From NCBI GenBank assembly GCA_964465065.1, contig CAYXHZ010000002.1:41588-105587 (forward strand): a DNA stretch of 64,000 nt. Reading direction: 5' to 3'. How positions within the stretch are numbered: the stretch's first letter is position 1; the number at the start of each line of letters is the position of its first letter. Below, one piece after another: positions 17,978 through 27,673 of this stretch. Made by a program: the position numbers and the translations under genes. This DNA comes from an uncultured Clostridia bacterium (lineage in GTDB: Bacteria; Acidobacteriota; Aminicenantia; UBA2199). The notes beneath the pieces were generated by a model. It saw only the letters and a program-made list of their open reading frames with translations, made no database searches and was not told the DNA's origin.

Positions 17978-19330
17978 TTACATGTTCTCCACGGCCAGGT
18001 CGTCGCTGTACATGACATTGCCTTGCAGTTCCGACCAACCGCCGTCGCTGCGGCGTTCCCGGGTGACGTAGACCGTGAACAGTCTGCCCTGGCCGTTCTG
18101 GCGGATCGCGCATTGCCCATAGATTTCAGCGCGGGTGACAAAACGCTGCGTTCCGGCATAATCTTCCCACTGCGAGATTTCCTTCCAATCAGCGCTGTGA
18201 ATGACCGTCTTGTGCAGACTTGCGTCAACGGCCGCCGCTCTGACCAATTTTTCCATACATGCCTTGATCGCCTGGGCATCGTCGCCCCGGTACCGGTCAT
18301 CCTGGATGAAAACGAGCTTGGCGCGGGCGAGCTTGTTGCGGGCGTTTTTCGCGGTCAATTCCTGAAAAAGGCTGTCGATCCGACGCGACTCCTCGCTTTC
18401 CGGCGTAAAAAGTCTACGTCTGTCTGCGACGAAAGCTTCGGTTTGCCGGATGCTGGTATCGGACATGATGGTCGGTTTCCCCTCTATCTCCTTGTCCAGT
18501 TCCCTCAGTCTGGATTCCAGATGTTCCTGCATCTCGCTGAAAACAGCTTTTTTAGCCTCGGCCATCCGCCCGGGAAAGGTAGCGATCCGGTCGGCGATAT
18601 CGTTTTCCTTCTGTTCGAGGCCGACGGTTTTTCCATAAGGGAAAGCCACGTTTTTATACCGGGAAAAGACAGCGTTGATTTCGGAGAACCGGGTTTCTTG
18701 ATTCAGCAGAGTGTCGATATCACCCGTTCCGTATGAGAAATAACCGAGTTCCTTGAGCTGGGCCTCCCATTCGTTGCTAAGCCGCTCCCGTTCATTGCGT
18801 TCCATTTCCTGCCGGGCCTTGTCTCTTACGTCGTTCTGAATGGCGGCGGCCGTATCGGCCTGGGTTTTTTCCACCCAGAGCGCCATCTTACGGTAATCCG
18901 GATGATCGACGTCAAATTGTCCCGCATACTGAGCGGCGATTTCATGAAAAACAGAAATGGCATCCTGTTCGCTCTGCTTACCGCCACGGCCGATCAATTG
19001 AGCCATGTCGCGCAGGCGTTTTTCCACACCCGCAGGCAATCGGGCGCCATCCTGCTGGGGTTTCGCGCTTGCGGCAAAGGCTGTTGGCGAGGCGACGGTC
19101 GCCTGCCCGCTTCCCGTCTTCTGGGCCAGGTCCTTTTTCAGCTTGGCCAACTGGTTTTCCAGGGTTTTCAACTGGGGGTTGTCCGCTTGCTGAGCCAGAC
19201 CTTCGGCCAACAGCGGCAAAAGACGCCCCAAGATCTCATCACACTCCGCATATTTCCGGGAAAACATGTGATTCTGGGCTTTCCTCAGTTCGGATCCGAT
19301 TGTCTTAACAATATCGCTGACACTACTCAT
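17978..19330 (-). CDS. Hypothetical protein (450 aa, helical/coiled-coil rich)
   Basis: Long ORF with protein-like composition and no motif I can name; convergent with 17363..17974. Confidence 0.5.
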   Translation of the reverse strand: MSSVSDIVKTIGSELRKAQNHMFSRKYAECDEILGRLLPLLAEGLAQQADNPQLKTLENQLAKLKKDLAQKTGSGQATVASPTAFAASAKPQQDGARLPAGVEKRLRDMAQLIGRGGKQSEQDAISVFHEIAAQYAGQFDVDHPDYRKMALWVEKTQADTAAAIQNDVRDKARQEMERNERERLSNEWEAQLKELGYFSYGTGDIDTLLNQETRFSEINAVFSRYKNVAFPYGKTVGLEQKENDIADRIATFPGRMAEAKKAVFSEMQEHLESRLRELDKEIEGKPTIMSDTSIRQTEAFVADRRRLFTPESEESRRIDSLFQELTAKNARNKLARAKLVFIQDDRYRGDDAQAIKACMEKLVRAAAVDASLHKTVIHSADWKEISQWEDYAGTQRFVTRAEIYGQCAIRQNGQGRLFTVYVTRERRSDGGWSELQGNVMYSDDLAVENM

Positions 19331-19390
19331 GATGACCTCCGGGGCACTATCCGCCCACTTCTTAGCTGATTCAGCCGCAACCGGTGACTG

Positions 19391-20680
19391 TCAAAACGAC
19401 TGGGCGCCGCAAGCTTTCACGGCGCCAAACAGTCGGAGCGTTTCGCGCCAGGGGTAGCGGTTCATGAACATACTCGCCTTGGAAGCAATCTTACCCTGTT
19501 TGTTGAGCCCCATGACCTCCCGCAGCACATTGGCCGGCGAATCGGGGGCGAAATCGACCTGTTCGCTGTAGCTGGCTGCCAGGAAAGCCTGGAGATAGCT
19601 GATATTCAACGGCAGTTTACCGGGAATCTCCTGGTGATTGTCCCGGATCGAGGCCAGAGCCAGGTCGGGAAACTGGTCGACGCGGATATTAAGCTTGGTG
19701 TTGCTGGCCGGACTGTACTCCACATCACCCCGTTTGTTGGCGAAGAACAGGTTGTCGTCGATGCGCAGCCAATCGTTGGGAGTGAAGCGGGTATGGTCGA
19801 TACCGGCCAGAATGCTGGCACCGATGATGTTGTGGTGGATGGTGTAGGAACATTTGCTCATGATCCGCACGCCGTATCCCATGTCCAGCATGTCCTTTAG
19901 ACGACTCCAGGTGAACAGAATCGTGTTGTAGCCGATCTCCACCTGACCGCAATCGACCTGTTTGCCGGGTCCCCCGCCGGCGCAGGTACCGTATATTTCA
20001 ATAGCCGCCATGCGGTTGGCGATGAAGACATTGTTGAGCAGACGTAGCTTTCCCTGCCGCAGTCCGCCCTGCACGGCAAAGCTGGCGCCGTTGACGAAAA
20101 CGCAGTTCTGGATGGTCATATCCCCGCCCTGGGCCGCGCTGGCTATGGCGATGATCGGCTCTTCGACCGTGCTGTTTCCGCTTTTGGGCCGTTCGCTGGA
20201 TCGCAGCAGACGGCCGCTGTCCAAGCCGTCGACCAGGCCCTCGGAAGCGCTGTAGGCGTTGCGCTGGCCCATATCGAAAACGATGCCGTCGATCAGGCTG
20301 CCATCGATATCGCGCATGAACCTGAGCAAGGCCTTGCGGGCCTTGCCACCGGCCGCATTGTCCGGCTGGAACAGGGTTGGCGTCGCCTGAATCGAACGGC
20401 TGGTGAATTTTTCGTCGTAACTGCCGATGAGCCGGATCGCTTTGTCCGGCTCCATGTAACCGATGCCGAATGTACCCATGTAATGACCGCCGGCGATCAG
20501 AATCCGTTCACCCGCCTTGGCCAGGCTGATCGCCCGGTCGATCTCCTTCACCGGCTGGTCGGCCGATCCGGGGTTCCGGTTGTCGCCCCTGGCCGCGGAA
20601 ACGTAAATTTCCGAACGGATCGGAAGAACGCACAGACAGATCGTCAACGATAAAAACGAAACAGTTTTCATTTTACTCAT
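19391..20680 (-). CDS. Secreted right-handed parallel beta-helix repeat protein (pectate-lyase-like fold)
   Basis: ATG at 20680 with GGAGG RBS; signal peptide MSKMKTVSFLSLTICLCVLPI; repeated ...NNVFIAN...NCVFVNG...HHNIIGA segments typical of PbH1 repeats. Confidence 0.6.
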   Translation of the reverse strand: MSKMKTVSFLSLTICLCVLPIRSEIYVSAARGDNRNPGSADQPVKEIDRAISLAKAGERILIAGGHYMGTFGIGYMEPDKAIRLIGSYDEKFTSRSIQATPTLFQPDNAAGGKARKALLRFMRDIDGSLIDGIVFDMGQRNAYSASEGLVDGLDSGRLLRSSERPKSGNSTVEEPIIAIASAAQGGDMTIQNCVFVNGASFAVQGGLRQGKLRLLNNVFIANRMAAIEIYGTCAGGGPGKQVDCGQVEIGYNTILFTWSRLKDMLDMGYGVRIMSKCSYTIHHNIIGASILAGIDHTRFTPNDWLRIDDNLFFANKRGDVEYSPASNTKLNIRVDQFPDLALASIRDNHQEIPGKLPLNISYLQAFLAASYSEQVDFAPDSPANVLREVMGLNKQGKIASKASMFMNRYPWRETLRLFGAVKACGAQSF

Positions 20681-20738
20681 CAACCCTCCTGCTACATTTT
20701 CACTATAGCTCAATTAACCTGCATTTTACAATGTCGTT

Positions 20739-21569
20739 TTAAAATATGCAGAGCTCGCTTGGCAGACGGATCCGGTAACGCCGGTGATCCAACTCGAAAT
20801 TGAGCCCGACACAGCACAAGGCGATACCCGCCTGCGTGAGCTTCGGCCCACCGTACAATGTGTCGCCCAGAATCGGTGCCAGGGCCCGGGCGGCATGCAC
20901 CCGGATCTGATGGCGCCGTCCGGTCAGGGGGAAAGCGGAATAATCCTGACTGTCCTGCCTGCTGTCCAAAGGGACGAATAGGGTCTTGGCGGATTTGCCG
21001 GCTGCATCGACGCGGATGAAGCGCCCGCTGTGGACCAAGGGCAGATCGACCAGGCGGCAGCCCGGCGCAGGGTGCCCGGACAACCGGGTCCGGTACCACT
21101 TGAACACTTTTCCTTCGCGCATCAGGGCGAACAAGGCCTTTTCGCTGTCGGGACAGGCACCGAACAACACCAGGCCGGAGACCGGCTGATCCAGACGGGT
21201 GATCGGGGCCGGATGCCAGCGCGGAGAGGCGCCCAGGTAAAGCCAGACCCCGTGGCTGAGGTGATTCTGCTGCGAAGCCGGATCGCCCTGTACCGGCAAC
21301 CCGGCCTTCTTGTATACCACCAGCACTCGATCGTCCTGAAACAGCACATCGTCGGTGCCGATGGCATGGGGCGTACCCTGGGCGGCGCGCAGGTAGACCC
21401 GTACCGTGTCACCCGCCTCCAGACGCTGCCTCGGCAGACAGCGCCGTTTGCCCAGCCAGACAGCCCCCGCTTCGAGCAAGCTGGCGCCCCGGTATGGCTC
21501 AGGCAGGTTAACGTTGAGAAGTTCTTCAATGTTGACGGCACTTTTAGCCGTAACGTGCAGGCATTTCAT
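20739..21569 (-). CDS. RluA-family pseudouridine synthase
   Basis: Catalytic-region motifs (PAPITRLDQPVSGLVLF; FPLTGRRHQIRVHAA). Start uncertain: ATG at 21569 (MKCLHV) or upstream candidates up to 21671. Confidence 0.75.
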   Translation of the reverse strand: MKCLHVTAKSAVNIEELLNVNLPEPYRGASLLEAGAVWLGKRRCLPRQRLEAGDTVRVYLRAAQGTPHAIGTDDVLFQDDRVLVVYKKAGLPVQGDPASQQNHLSHGVWLYLGASPRWHPAPITRLDQPVSGLVLFGACPDSEKALFALMREGKVFKWYRTRLSGHPAPGCRLVDLPLVHSGRFIRVDAAGKSAKTLFVPLDSRQDSQDYSAFPLTGRRHQIRVHAARALAPILGDTLYGGPKLTQAGIALCCVGLNFELDHRRYRIRLPSELCIF

Positions 21570-21719
21570 CGTGAACGCATTATAAGCCAGACCGTACATT
21601 TCTTTCCAGTGCGCGGCGTGCGAAAATCCCGACTGTCCCCACTCACTTTTTGATAGATTCGATGGTATCATACCTGCTGGACTGGAAATGAAACCGCGGC
21701 AGCGACGACGAGGAACGAA

Positions 21720-23216
21720 ATGAAACGAATCGCCTGGCTATGGCTGATCCTGGCTTTTTTCCGGGCTGACAGTCTTTTGTCGCAATGGACACCGCAAACC
21801 GTTCCGAATCCGCGAGCGCGAGATTCCGGCTATGTCTCCGACCCCCATGCTTACCTGTCCGATCCGGAACGGAACAGTCTGAACGAAAGGATGCGCCGGC
21901 TTGAAAACACGACCGGAACCGAATACGCCATCGTCATCGTGGATCAATTACCGTCTTCATGGGAAGTGCAGGATTTCGGAGTGACTCTGTTCGAACACTG
22001 GGGACTGGGAAAGAAAGGTCGGGACAACGGTCTGCTGCTGCTGGTGGTCGTCGACAGCCACGACTGGCGCTTCTTTACCGGCTACGGCCTGGAGGAACGA
22101 CTCACCGACGCCCTGCTGCGTCGACTTGGCGAAAATTTCATCGTGCCGAATTTCCGAAACGAACGCTATGCGGCCGGGCTGACTGAGGTGACAGACAAAA
22201 TCATGGCCATACTCCAGACCTCGGAACCGCAAAAAATTGCCGACTATTACACCGAATATGAGACCTGGTGGCCGGTCTGGACCGCTGGCATGTGGATTGT
22301 CTGGGCATTGGCCCTGATCGTCGGAATACGTTTTGCATCCAAACGACCGCCAGCCGCCGACAAACCGCTTGCGACCTATGCTGTGCGCATCGACGACCCG
22401 CAGCACGCTACGGCCATACCCGGGCAGGGCCGCCGGATCGGCGCCTGGGGCGAAGATCGGATCGGCCGTTTTTTCACCCTGCACATCCTGTCGGCCGCCG
22501 TTCCCGTTTTTGCCACGCTGCAGGGGAAAGATACCGGCGGACCGCTGTTCAGTTCCATTCTCGGTTTCTACATCTGGCTGACGATGCTGCTGTTCATCGT
22601 CCACATCAAGAGAGATAGGAAGGTATCACGGACCGCCGCCGACAAGCTCGAACTGTACGTCAACCTGTCCCAGGCCAACCGGGCTCTGGTGGTCAAGGCC
22701 TTCTTTTTTCCTTTGCCCTTCGCCTTTTGCTACCTTCTGTACCGCCGCAGGATCGCCAAGCTCAAGAAAGGATCCTTCACCTGCCCGGTCTGCCAGTCGT
22801 CGGCAGAGGCCATCCCGACACGGACGCTGTCTGAATATCTGGACGAGAAACAGCAGTTCGAAAGGAAGATTCACAGCATCGATCATCGAATTTACCGATG
22901 TCCGCAGCATCACATCCTGAAAATTCCCTTTCCGGCCGGGAGCGGCTCGGCCCACACAGCCTGCTCGGCGTGCGGGGCCCTTGCGGTCAGAAAGACCGCT
23001 GAGCGGACCGTCAGCCGCCCGAGCTACAGCCACAGCGGAACCGGTCAGAAGGAATTCACCTGCCGTTTCTGCGGCAGCAAAAGCTACAGTACATACGTCA
23101 TACCGGTACTGCAGCACAGCAGTTCGGACGGCGGTTCATCCGGCGGCTCTTCCTCCGGCGGCGGCTCCTGGGGCGGTGGGCACACCGGCGGCGGCGGTGC
23201 GGGCGGGAAATGGTGA
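21720..23216 (+). CDS. TPM-domain (YgcG-like) membrane protein with C-terminal CxxC clusters and Gly/Ser-rich tail
   Basis: Signal peptide; TPM region (NERMRRLENTTGTEYAIVIVDQLP...LLLVVVDSHDWRFFTGYG); TM segments; four CxxC pairs (CPVC, CPQH, CSAC, CRFC); tail SSDGGSSGGSSSGGGSWGGGHTGGGGAGG. Confidence 0.65.
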   Translation: MKRIAWLWLILAFFRADSLLSQWTPQTVPNPRARDSGYVSDPHAYLSDPERNSLNERMRRLENTTGTEYAIVIVDQLPSSWEVQDFGVTLFEHWGLGKKGRDNGLLLLVVVDSHDWRFFTGYGLEERLTDALLRRLGENFIVPNFRNERYAAGLTEVTDKIMAILQTSEPQKIADYYTEYETWWPVWTAGMWIVWALALIVGIRFASKRPPAADKPLATYAVRIDDPQHATAIPGQGRRIGAWGEDRIGRFFTLHILSAAVPVFATLQGKDTGGPLFSSILGFYIWLTMLLFIVHIKRDRKVSRTAADKLELYVNLSQANRALVVKAFFFPLPFAFCYLLYRRRIAKLKKGSFTCPVCQSSAEAIPTRTLSEYLDEKQQFERKIHSIDHRIYRCPQHHILKIPFPAGSGSAHTACSACGALAVRKTAERTVSRPSYSHSGTGQKEFTCRFCGSKSYSTYVIPVLQHSSSDGGSSGGSSSGGGSWGGGHTGGGGAGGKW

Positions 23217-23289
23217 CGGGAAAGCGGCCGGACAATTTTCTGGACAAGAAGCACAAATTTGAATATATAGGTGACAATAGAGAGGAACG

Positions 23290-25059
23290 ATGCTGTTATC
23301 CGGGTCCATTTCCGAGATCGCGCTGATCTTTGCCACCCCAAACGCATTCAACAGCCAAGTGAACCGAGCCCTGGCCATTCTCGGCAAACAGCTGCGGGTA
23401 TCGCGCAGCTATCTGTTCATCGATTCCCCGGATGGCAGCACGACCTGCAACACCCACGAATGGTGCGCCGAGGGCATCGAACCGCAGATGGTCAATCTGC
23501 AAAACATTCCGTATACCCGGATTCCGTCCTGGAAGACGATCCTGGAAACCGGCCAAGTCTGCGCAGTGGCCAGCATCGCCTCAATGCCCCGGGACATCCG
23601 GAATATTCTCGAGCCGCAGGGAATCCTGTCGGTGATTCTCGCTCCGCTGCGGATCGATGGCCGCATTCAGGCTTTCCTCGGTTGCGACGAATGCACCAGC
23701 CCGCGGGAATGGACCGTTCCGGAAATCGAGACCCTGAAGATTGTTTCGGGAATCATCACCACCGCATATTCTTCCAGTATCCTGGCCGAACGCCTGAATG
23801 CCGCCCAGGAAAATTTCCGCGGTTTTGCCGACACCGCCCAGGACTACATCGTCATCGCCGACAGCCATGGCCGAATCGTATCCGCCAACCAGGCCGCCTG
23901 CCAGAAGCTGGGGTATTCACTCGACGAACTCCGCGAACGGCCGTTAACCGACCTCTACCCTCAGGACTGGCGTCAGGAAACGGAAACGGTTCTGCAGGCC
24001 ATGTTTGAAAAGAAACAATCGTCCTCCAGGCTCGACATGGTTTCCAGGCATGGGCAAACCATCCCGGCCCAAACCCGGATCTGGTCCGGCCTGTGGGACA
24101 ATCGGCCTCACACATTCATTATTTCCCGGGACCTCAGCGAACACATCGAGCTCCAACGCGAGCTGGAATCCGCACGCAACCGTCTGACCAATATCATCGA
24201 CGCTACCCGACTGGGCACCTGGGAATGGAACATCCAGAGTGGAGAAGTCAAATACAACAACCGTTGGGCCGAGATCATCGGCTACACCCTGGAGGAAATC
24301 TCGCCAATCGACGCGGACAGCTATCCACGATTCGCCCACCCGGACGATCTGGCCGAATCCGACCGCTTGATCCGTTTGCACATCGATGGTATCACCCCGT
24401 ATTACGAATGCGAAAGCCGCCTGCGCCACAAGAACGGTTCCTGGGTATGGGTGCTGGACCGCGGCAAGGTCAGCGAATGGGACAACCAGGGCCGTCCGCT
24501 CAAGATGTATGGAACCCATTCGGACATCACCAGCCGAAAGGCCATGGAGGAACAGATCCGGGAACTGGCGATCCGCGACCCGCTCACCGATGTGTTCAAC
24601 CGTCGTTACATCTTCCAGCGGCTCAGCGAGATCTGCGCGGAATATTCCAGGCAGGGCAGGAATTTCTGCGTATCGATCATCGATCTCGACCATTTCAAGA
24701 AAATCAACGACCGGTACGGACATCAGGCCGGTGATTTCGTCCTCAGAGAATTCATCCAGACCATCAAGGCCACCACTCGCCAATACGATCTCATCGGCCG
24801 CTACGGCGGAGAGGAATTCATCGTCATCTCCCCAAGCGCCGGCCGGAAAGAAATCGCCATGATGTTCGAGCGCATCATGGAACGAATACGCAACATGGTG
24901 TTCAACTATCAGGGTCATGAACTGCAGCTGACCTTCAGCTGTGGTATAGCCGACAGTGCCGAATTCACCCGGGCTGAGATGGCCATCGAGACCATCATCG
25001 GCCTGGCCGATCAACGGATGTACCAGGCCAAAGCCATCGGCCGGGATAATTTCATTTAA
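23290..25059 (+). CDS. GAF/PAS sensor diguanylate cyclase (GGDEF)
   Basis: 589 aa; GGEEF active site with RxxD I-site (RQYDLIGRYGGEEF); upstream PAS-like repeats (WEWNIQSGEVKYNNRWAEIIGYT...). Confidence 0.85.
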   Translation: MLLSGSISEIALIFATPNAFNSQVNRALAILGKQLRVSRSYLFIDSPDGSTTCNTHEWCAEGIEPQMVNLQNIPYTRIPSWKTILETGQVCAVASIASMPRDIRNILEPQGILSVILAPLRIDGRIQAFLGCDECTSPREWTVPEIETLKIVSGIITTAYSSSILAERLNAAQENFRGFADTAQDYIVIADSHGRIVSANQAACQKLGYSLDELRERPLTDLYPQDWRQETETVLQAMFEKKQSSSRLDMVSRHGQTIPAQTRIWSGLWDNRPHTFIISRDLSEHIELQRELESARNRLTNIIDATRLGTWEWNIQSGEVKYNNRWAEIIGYTLEEISPIDADSYPRFAHPDDLAESDRLIRLHIDGITPYYECESRLRHKNGSWVWVLDRGKVSEWDNQGRPLKMYGTHSDITSRKAMEEQIRELAIRDPLTDVFNRRYIFQRLSEICAEYSRQGRNFCVSIIDLDHFKKINDRYGHQAGDFVLREFIQTIKATTRQYDLIGRYGGEEFIVISPSAGRKEIAMMFERIMERIRNMVFNYQGHELQLTFSCGIADSAEFTRAEMAIETIIGLADQRMYQAKAIGRDNFI

Positions 25060-25113
25060 CCTCCTGCGGCGTTCCCTCTTTGTGATATAGTATTTCCAGC
25101 AAACGGAGGAACC

Positions 25114-25998
25114 ATGAAACTGCTGCCCCTGCTGCTTTTGTGTCTGGCTTGCCTGCCGGCCAATGCCCCCGCTCAAGCCTACGAACAAGAAATAATCTCC
25201 TGGCGCAAGGCGAGACTGGAACGCCTGGTCGGCGAGGATGGCTGGGTCACCCTGGCCGGCCTGTTCTGGCTGACGGAGGGTGAAAACAGTTTCGGAAAGG
25301 CACCGCAGAACAAACTGATCGCCAATTATGCAGATTTACCGGACCAAATCGGAGTATTCATCGTCCGAAACGGCACGGTAACCTTCAAGGCCCATCCCGG
25401 AACAACTGTCTATTGCCAGCAGCAGCCGGTTGACTCGCTGTCGATGATCAGCGACCAGGAGGAGCACCCGACTGTCATCCGCTACCAGTCCTTCAGCTGG
25501 CTGCTCATCAAACGAGGCGAGCGTCTCGGTATCCGGATGAAGTGGAGCGAACACCCCAACCGTAAGGCGCTGAAAGCGATCCCGGCCTACCCCGTCTCGG
25601 AGGCCTGGCGGATTCAGGCCCGTTTTTTTCCCTACGCTACACCCAGGAAGGTATGGGTTCCATCTGTGATCGGCATCGACAGCCCGGAGGAATGCCCTGG
25701 CGAGATTCGCCTGCAAATCGGCCAACGCCAGATCACTTTCTACCCCACCGGCAGCCGCGATTCACTGAGCCTGATTTTCGGCGACGCCAGCAACGGCAGG
25801 GACACCTATTCGGGCGGCCGTTTCCTACCCCTGGACAAACCCGACGAAAACAACGGCTTGTTGATCGATTTCAACCTGGCTTACAACCCGCCCTGCGTTT
25901 TCACACCGTTCGCCACCTGCCCGATGCCAACCCAGGAGAACATCATCGACCTGGCCATCGAGGCCGGTGAAAAGATGGTCGATCTGTTCGCTCACTGA
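25114..25998 (+). CDS. Secreted DUF1684-family protein
   Basis: Signal peptide; the N-terminal WRKARLERLVGEDGWVTLAGLFWL pattern is typical of DUF1684. Confidence 0.6.
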   Translation: MKLLPLLLLCLACLPANAPAQAYEQEIISWRKARLERLVGEDGWVTLAGLFWLTEGENSFGKAPQNKLIANYADLPDQIGVFIVRNGTVTFKAHPGTTVYCQQQPVDSLSMISDQEEHPTVIRYQSFSWLLIKRGERLGIRMKWSEHPNRKALKAIPAYPVSEAWRIQARFFPYATPRKVWVPSVIGIDSPEECPGEIRLQIGQRQITFYPTGSRDSLSLIFGDASNGRDTYSGGRFLPLDKPDENNGLLIDFNLAYNPPCVFTPFATCPMPTQENIIDLAIEAGEKMVDLFAH

Positions 25999-26906
25999 TC
26001 CTCGGTCTGAACCCGGTTGCCGCCAGCCGCCTTGCCCCGCCGCAGGGCATTCTGTGTCCGTTTGAGAATATCCTCGATGGAGACGTCGCTGTCCTTTCGG
26101 CTGCACAGGCCGATGGTGACGGTCACCGGCAACGAACAGGCCGACAGCTCCAGCTCGTGGTCGGCGATGGCGTGGCAAATCCGCTCGGCGATGATTTCCG
26201 CTCCAGGCAGTGTGGTTTCGATCAACAGGCAGGCGAATTCCCCGCCACCCATGCGACCGAACAGGTCGGTGCTGCGCAATGTTTTCATACAGATCTGCGC
26301 CACCTTGCGGATGGCCTGATCCCCGGAAAACTGATCGAAACGTTCGTTGACTTCGGTTAGTCGGTCGATATCGATGACCATCATGCAGAAACCGGATTCG
26401 TAGCGGACACTGCGCAGCAATTCCTCGAAGGAACGGTTGAGAAAATAACGCCGGTTGAAGGCGCCGCTGAGTTCATCCTTCAACTCGATCCGGTGCAGCT
26501 CCTCTTCGAAACGTTTCTGCAGGGATATGTCCTTGAAGACAAAAAAGAGCCCGCCGGTGTTGTCGTCGGCACATACGTCCCACTTGACCCATAATTCTTT
26601 GCCATCCTGCTGGAGCAGGCGGAGATCCAGGCCCTCCCGCGGCACCTGCCGGTCGTCGCCACGCAGATTCGCGTCGGCCCGGGAACGATCCTGGGCAGCC
26701 ACCCAGCCGAGCCAGTCCTGACCCAGGTAGAGATCGGCCGAGCCGCCGATGCGCTCGCACCAGCGTTTGTTGACTTTCCGGATGCGCCCCTGATCGTCGA
26801 CCAGCAGCATGAGGTCATGGCACATATCGAAAAAAATCCGGTATGCGTTGTCTTGATCGCTGTCTGCCCGCATTTCAACCTCCCTGACCACCGTCATGAG
26901 CTTCAT
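25992..26906 (-). CDS. PAS-GGDEF protein with degenerate active site (GGGEF) and intact RxxD I-site
   Basis: Reverse-complement of about 26230-26262 reads L F G R M G G G E F A C; RSTD sits 4 residues upstream. Start at 26906 (MKLMTVV) falls immediately after the upstream hydrolase stop; an upstream ATG at 26978 is also possible. Confidence 0.75.
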   Translation of the reverse strand: MKLMTVVREVEMRADSDQDNAYRIFFDMCHDLMLLVDDQGRIRKVNKRWCERIGGSADLYLGQDWLGWVAAQDRSRADANLRGDDRQVPREGLDLRLLQQDGKELWVKWDVCADDNTGGLFFVFKDISLQKRFEEELHRIELKDELSGAFNRRYFLNRSFEELLRSVRYESGFCMMVIDIDRLTEVNERFDQFSGDQAIRKVAQICMKTLRSTDLFGRMGGGEFACLLIETTLPGAEIIAERICHAIADHELELSACSLPVTVTIGLCSRKDSDVSIEDILKRTQNALRRGKAAGGNRVQTEDQ

Positions 26907-27673
26907 TTCCCCGGCAAACCGGACAAAAACTGACCCAAGGCCCGCCAATAGTCCGGACTGTCCGGGCATTGTTTCCAAAGAGCGCTCGCGCCGTGCCGTC
27001 CTTTCCCCTTCGGCAGAAAACTAGCTTTTTTTGCAGCGGGAATTGCGGCGAAGATCTCCGCCCAGAGCTGTCTTTCGTCTCCGGCTGAAGTGATCCAGAC
27101 CGGAATTCTGATTTCCTTGGCGACCGAACGGATCCAATCCCTTTCCTTGCCTTCCCTGGAGAAATACTCGCCCGGGGAAAAAGCGATCAAGGCATCCGCA
27201 TGACCGCTGTTCAGCCCCGCATAACGCAGAATCAGGGCTGCCGAATAGGAACTGCCCAACAAGAGCAACCGCGACGGTCGCAGTTCACTGCGGGCGAAAG
27301 CGATCGCCGCTTCCAGGTCCGCATAGGCATCGCAATAACCGGTTTTTTTTCCGGCTTTACGGGCCTGGGTCGCCGTTTCGTTGATCACGCCGTTCACTTC
27401 CTGACCGGAGCGCAAATCGACGGCCAGGCAATGATAGCCCAACTCGTTGAAAAGTGGTGCCGTTTCCACAAACTCGCCCCGGCTCCAGCCGGCCTGATGA
27501 AAAAGCAGGATCAGGGGGCGGTTCTGCTGATGGCGGCTGATGGTATAGTAATCGGCCCGGATGCTGATGCCGTCCGAGGCGGGAAAGCTGACCGGTGTCA
27601 CCATGGACCAGGCCGCCACGGGCATGATGGCCAAACACAATAAAAACACCTTGGCAACCGCCTTTCCGGTCAT
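26903..27673 (-). CDS. Secreted alpha/beta hydrolase (dienelactone-hydrolase-like)
   Basis: 256 aa; signal peptide; LILLFHQAGWSRGEF and LLLGSSYSAALIL nucleophile-elbow-like segments. Confidence 0.65.
   Translation of the reverse strand: MTGKAVAKVFLLCLAIMPVAAWSMVTPVSFPASDGISIRADYYTISRHQQNRPLILLFHQAGWSRGEFVETAPLFNELGYHCLAVDLRSGQEVNGVINETATQARKAGKKTGYCDAYADLEAAIAFARSELRPSRLLLLGSSYSAALILRYAGLNSGHADALIAFSPGEYFSREGKERDWIRSVAKEIRIPVWITSAGDERQLWAEIFAAIPAAKKASFLPKGKGRHGASALWKQCPDSPDYWRALGQFLSGLPGK

Noticed and set aside
23944-25188. 414-aa minus-strand ORF opposite the GGDEF cyclase
   Set aside because: Shadow ORF; the plus frame has PAS and GGEEF motifs.
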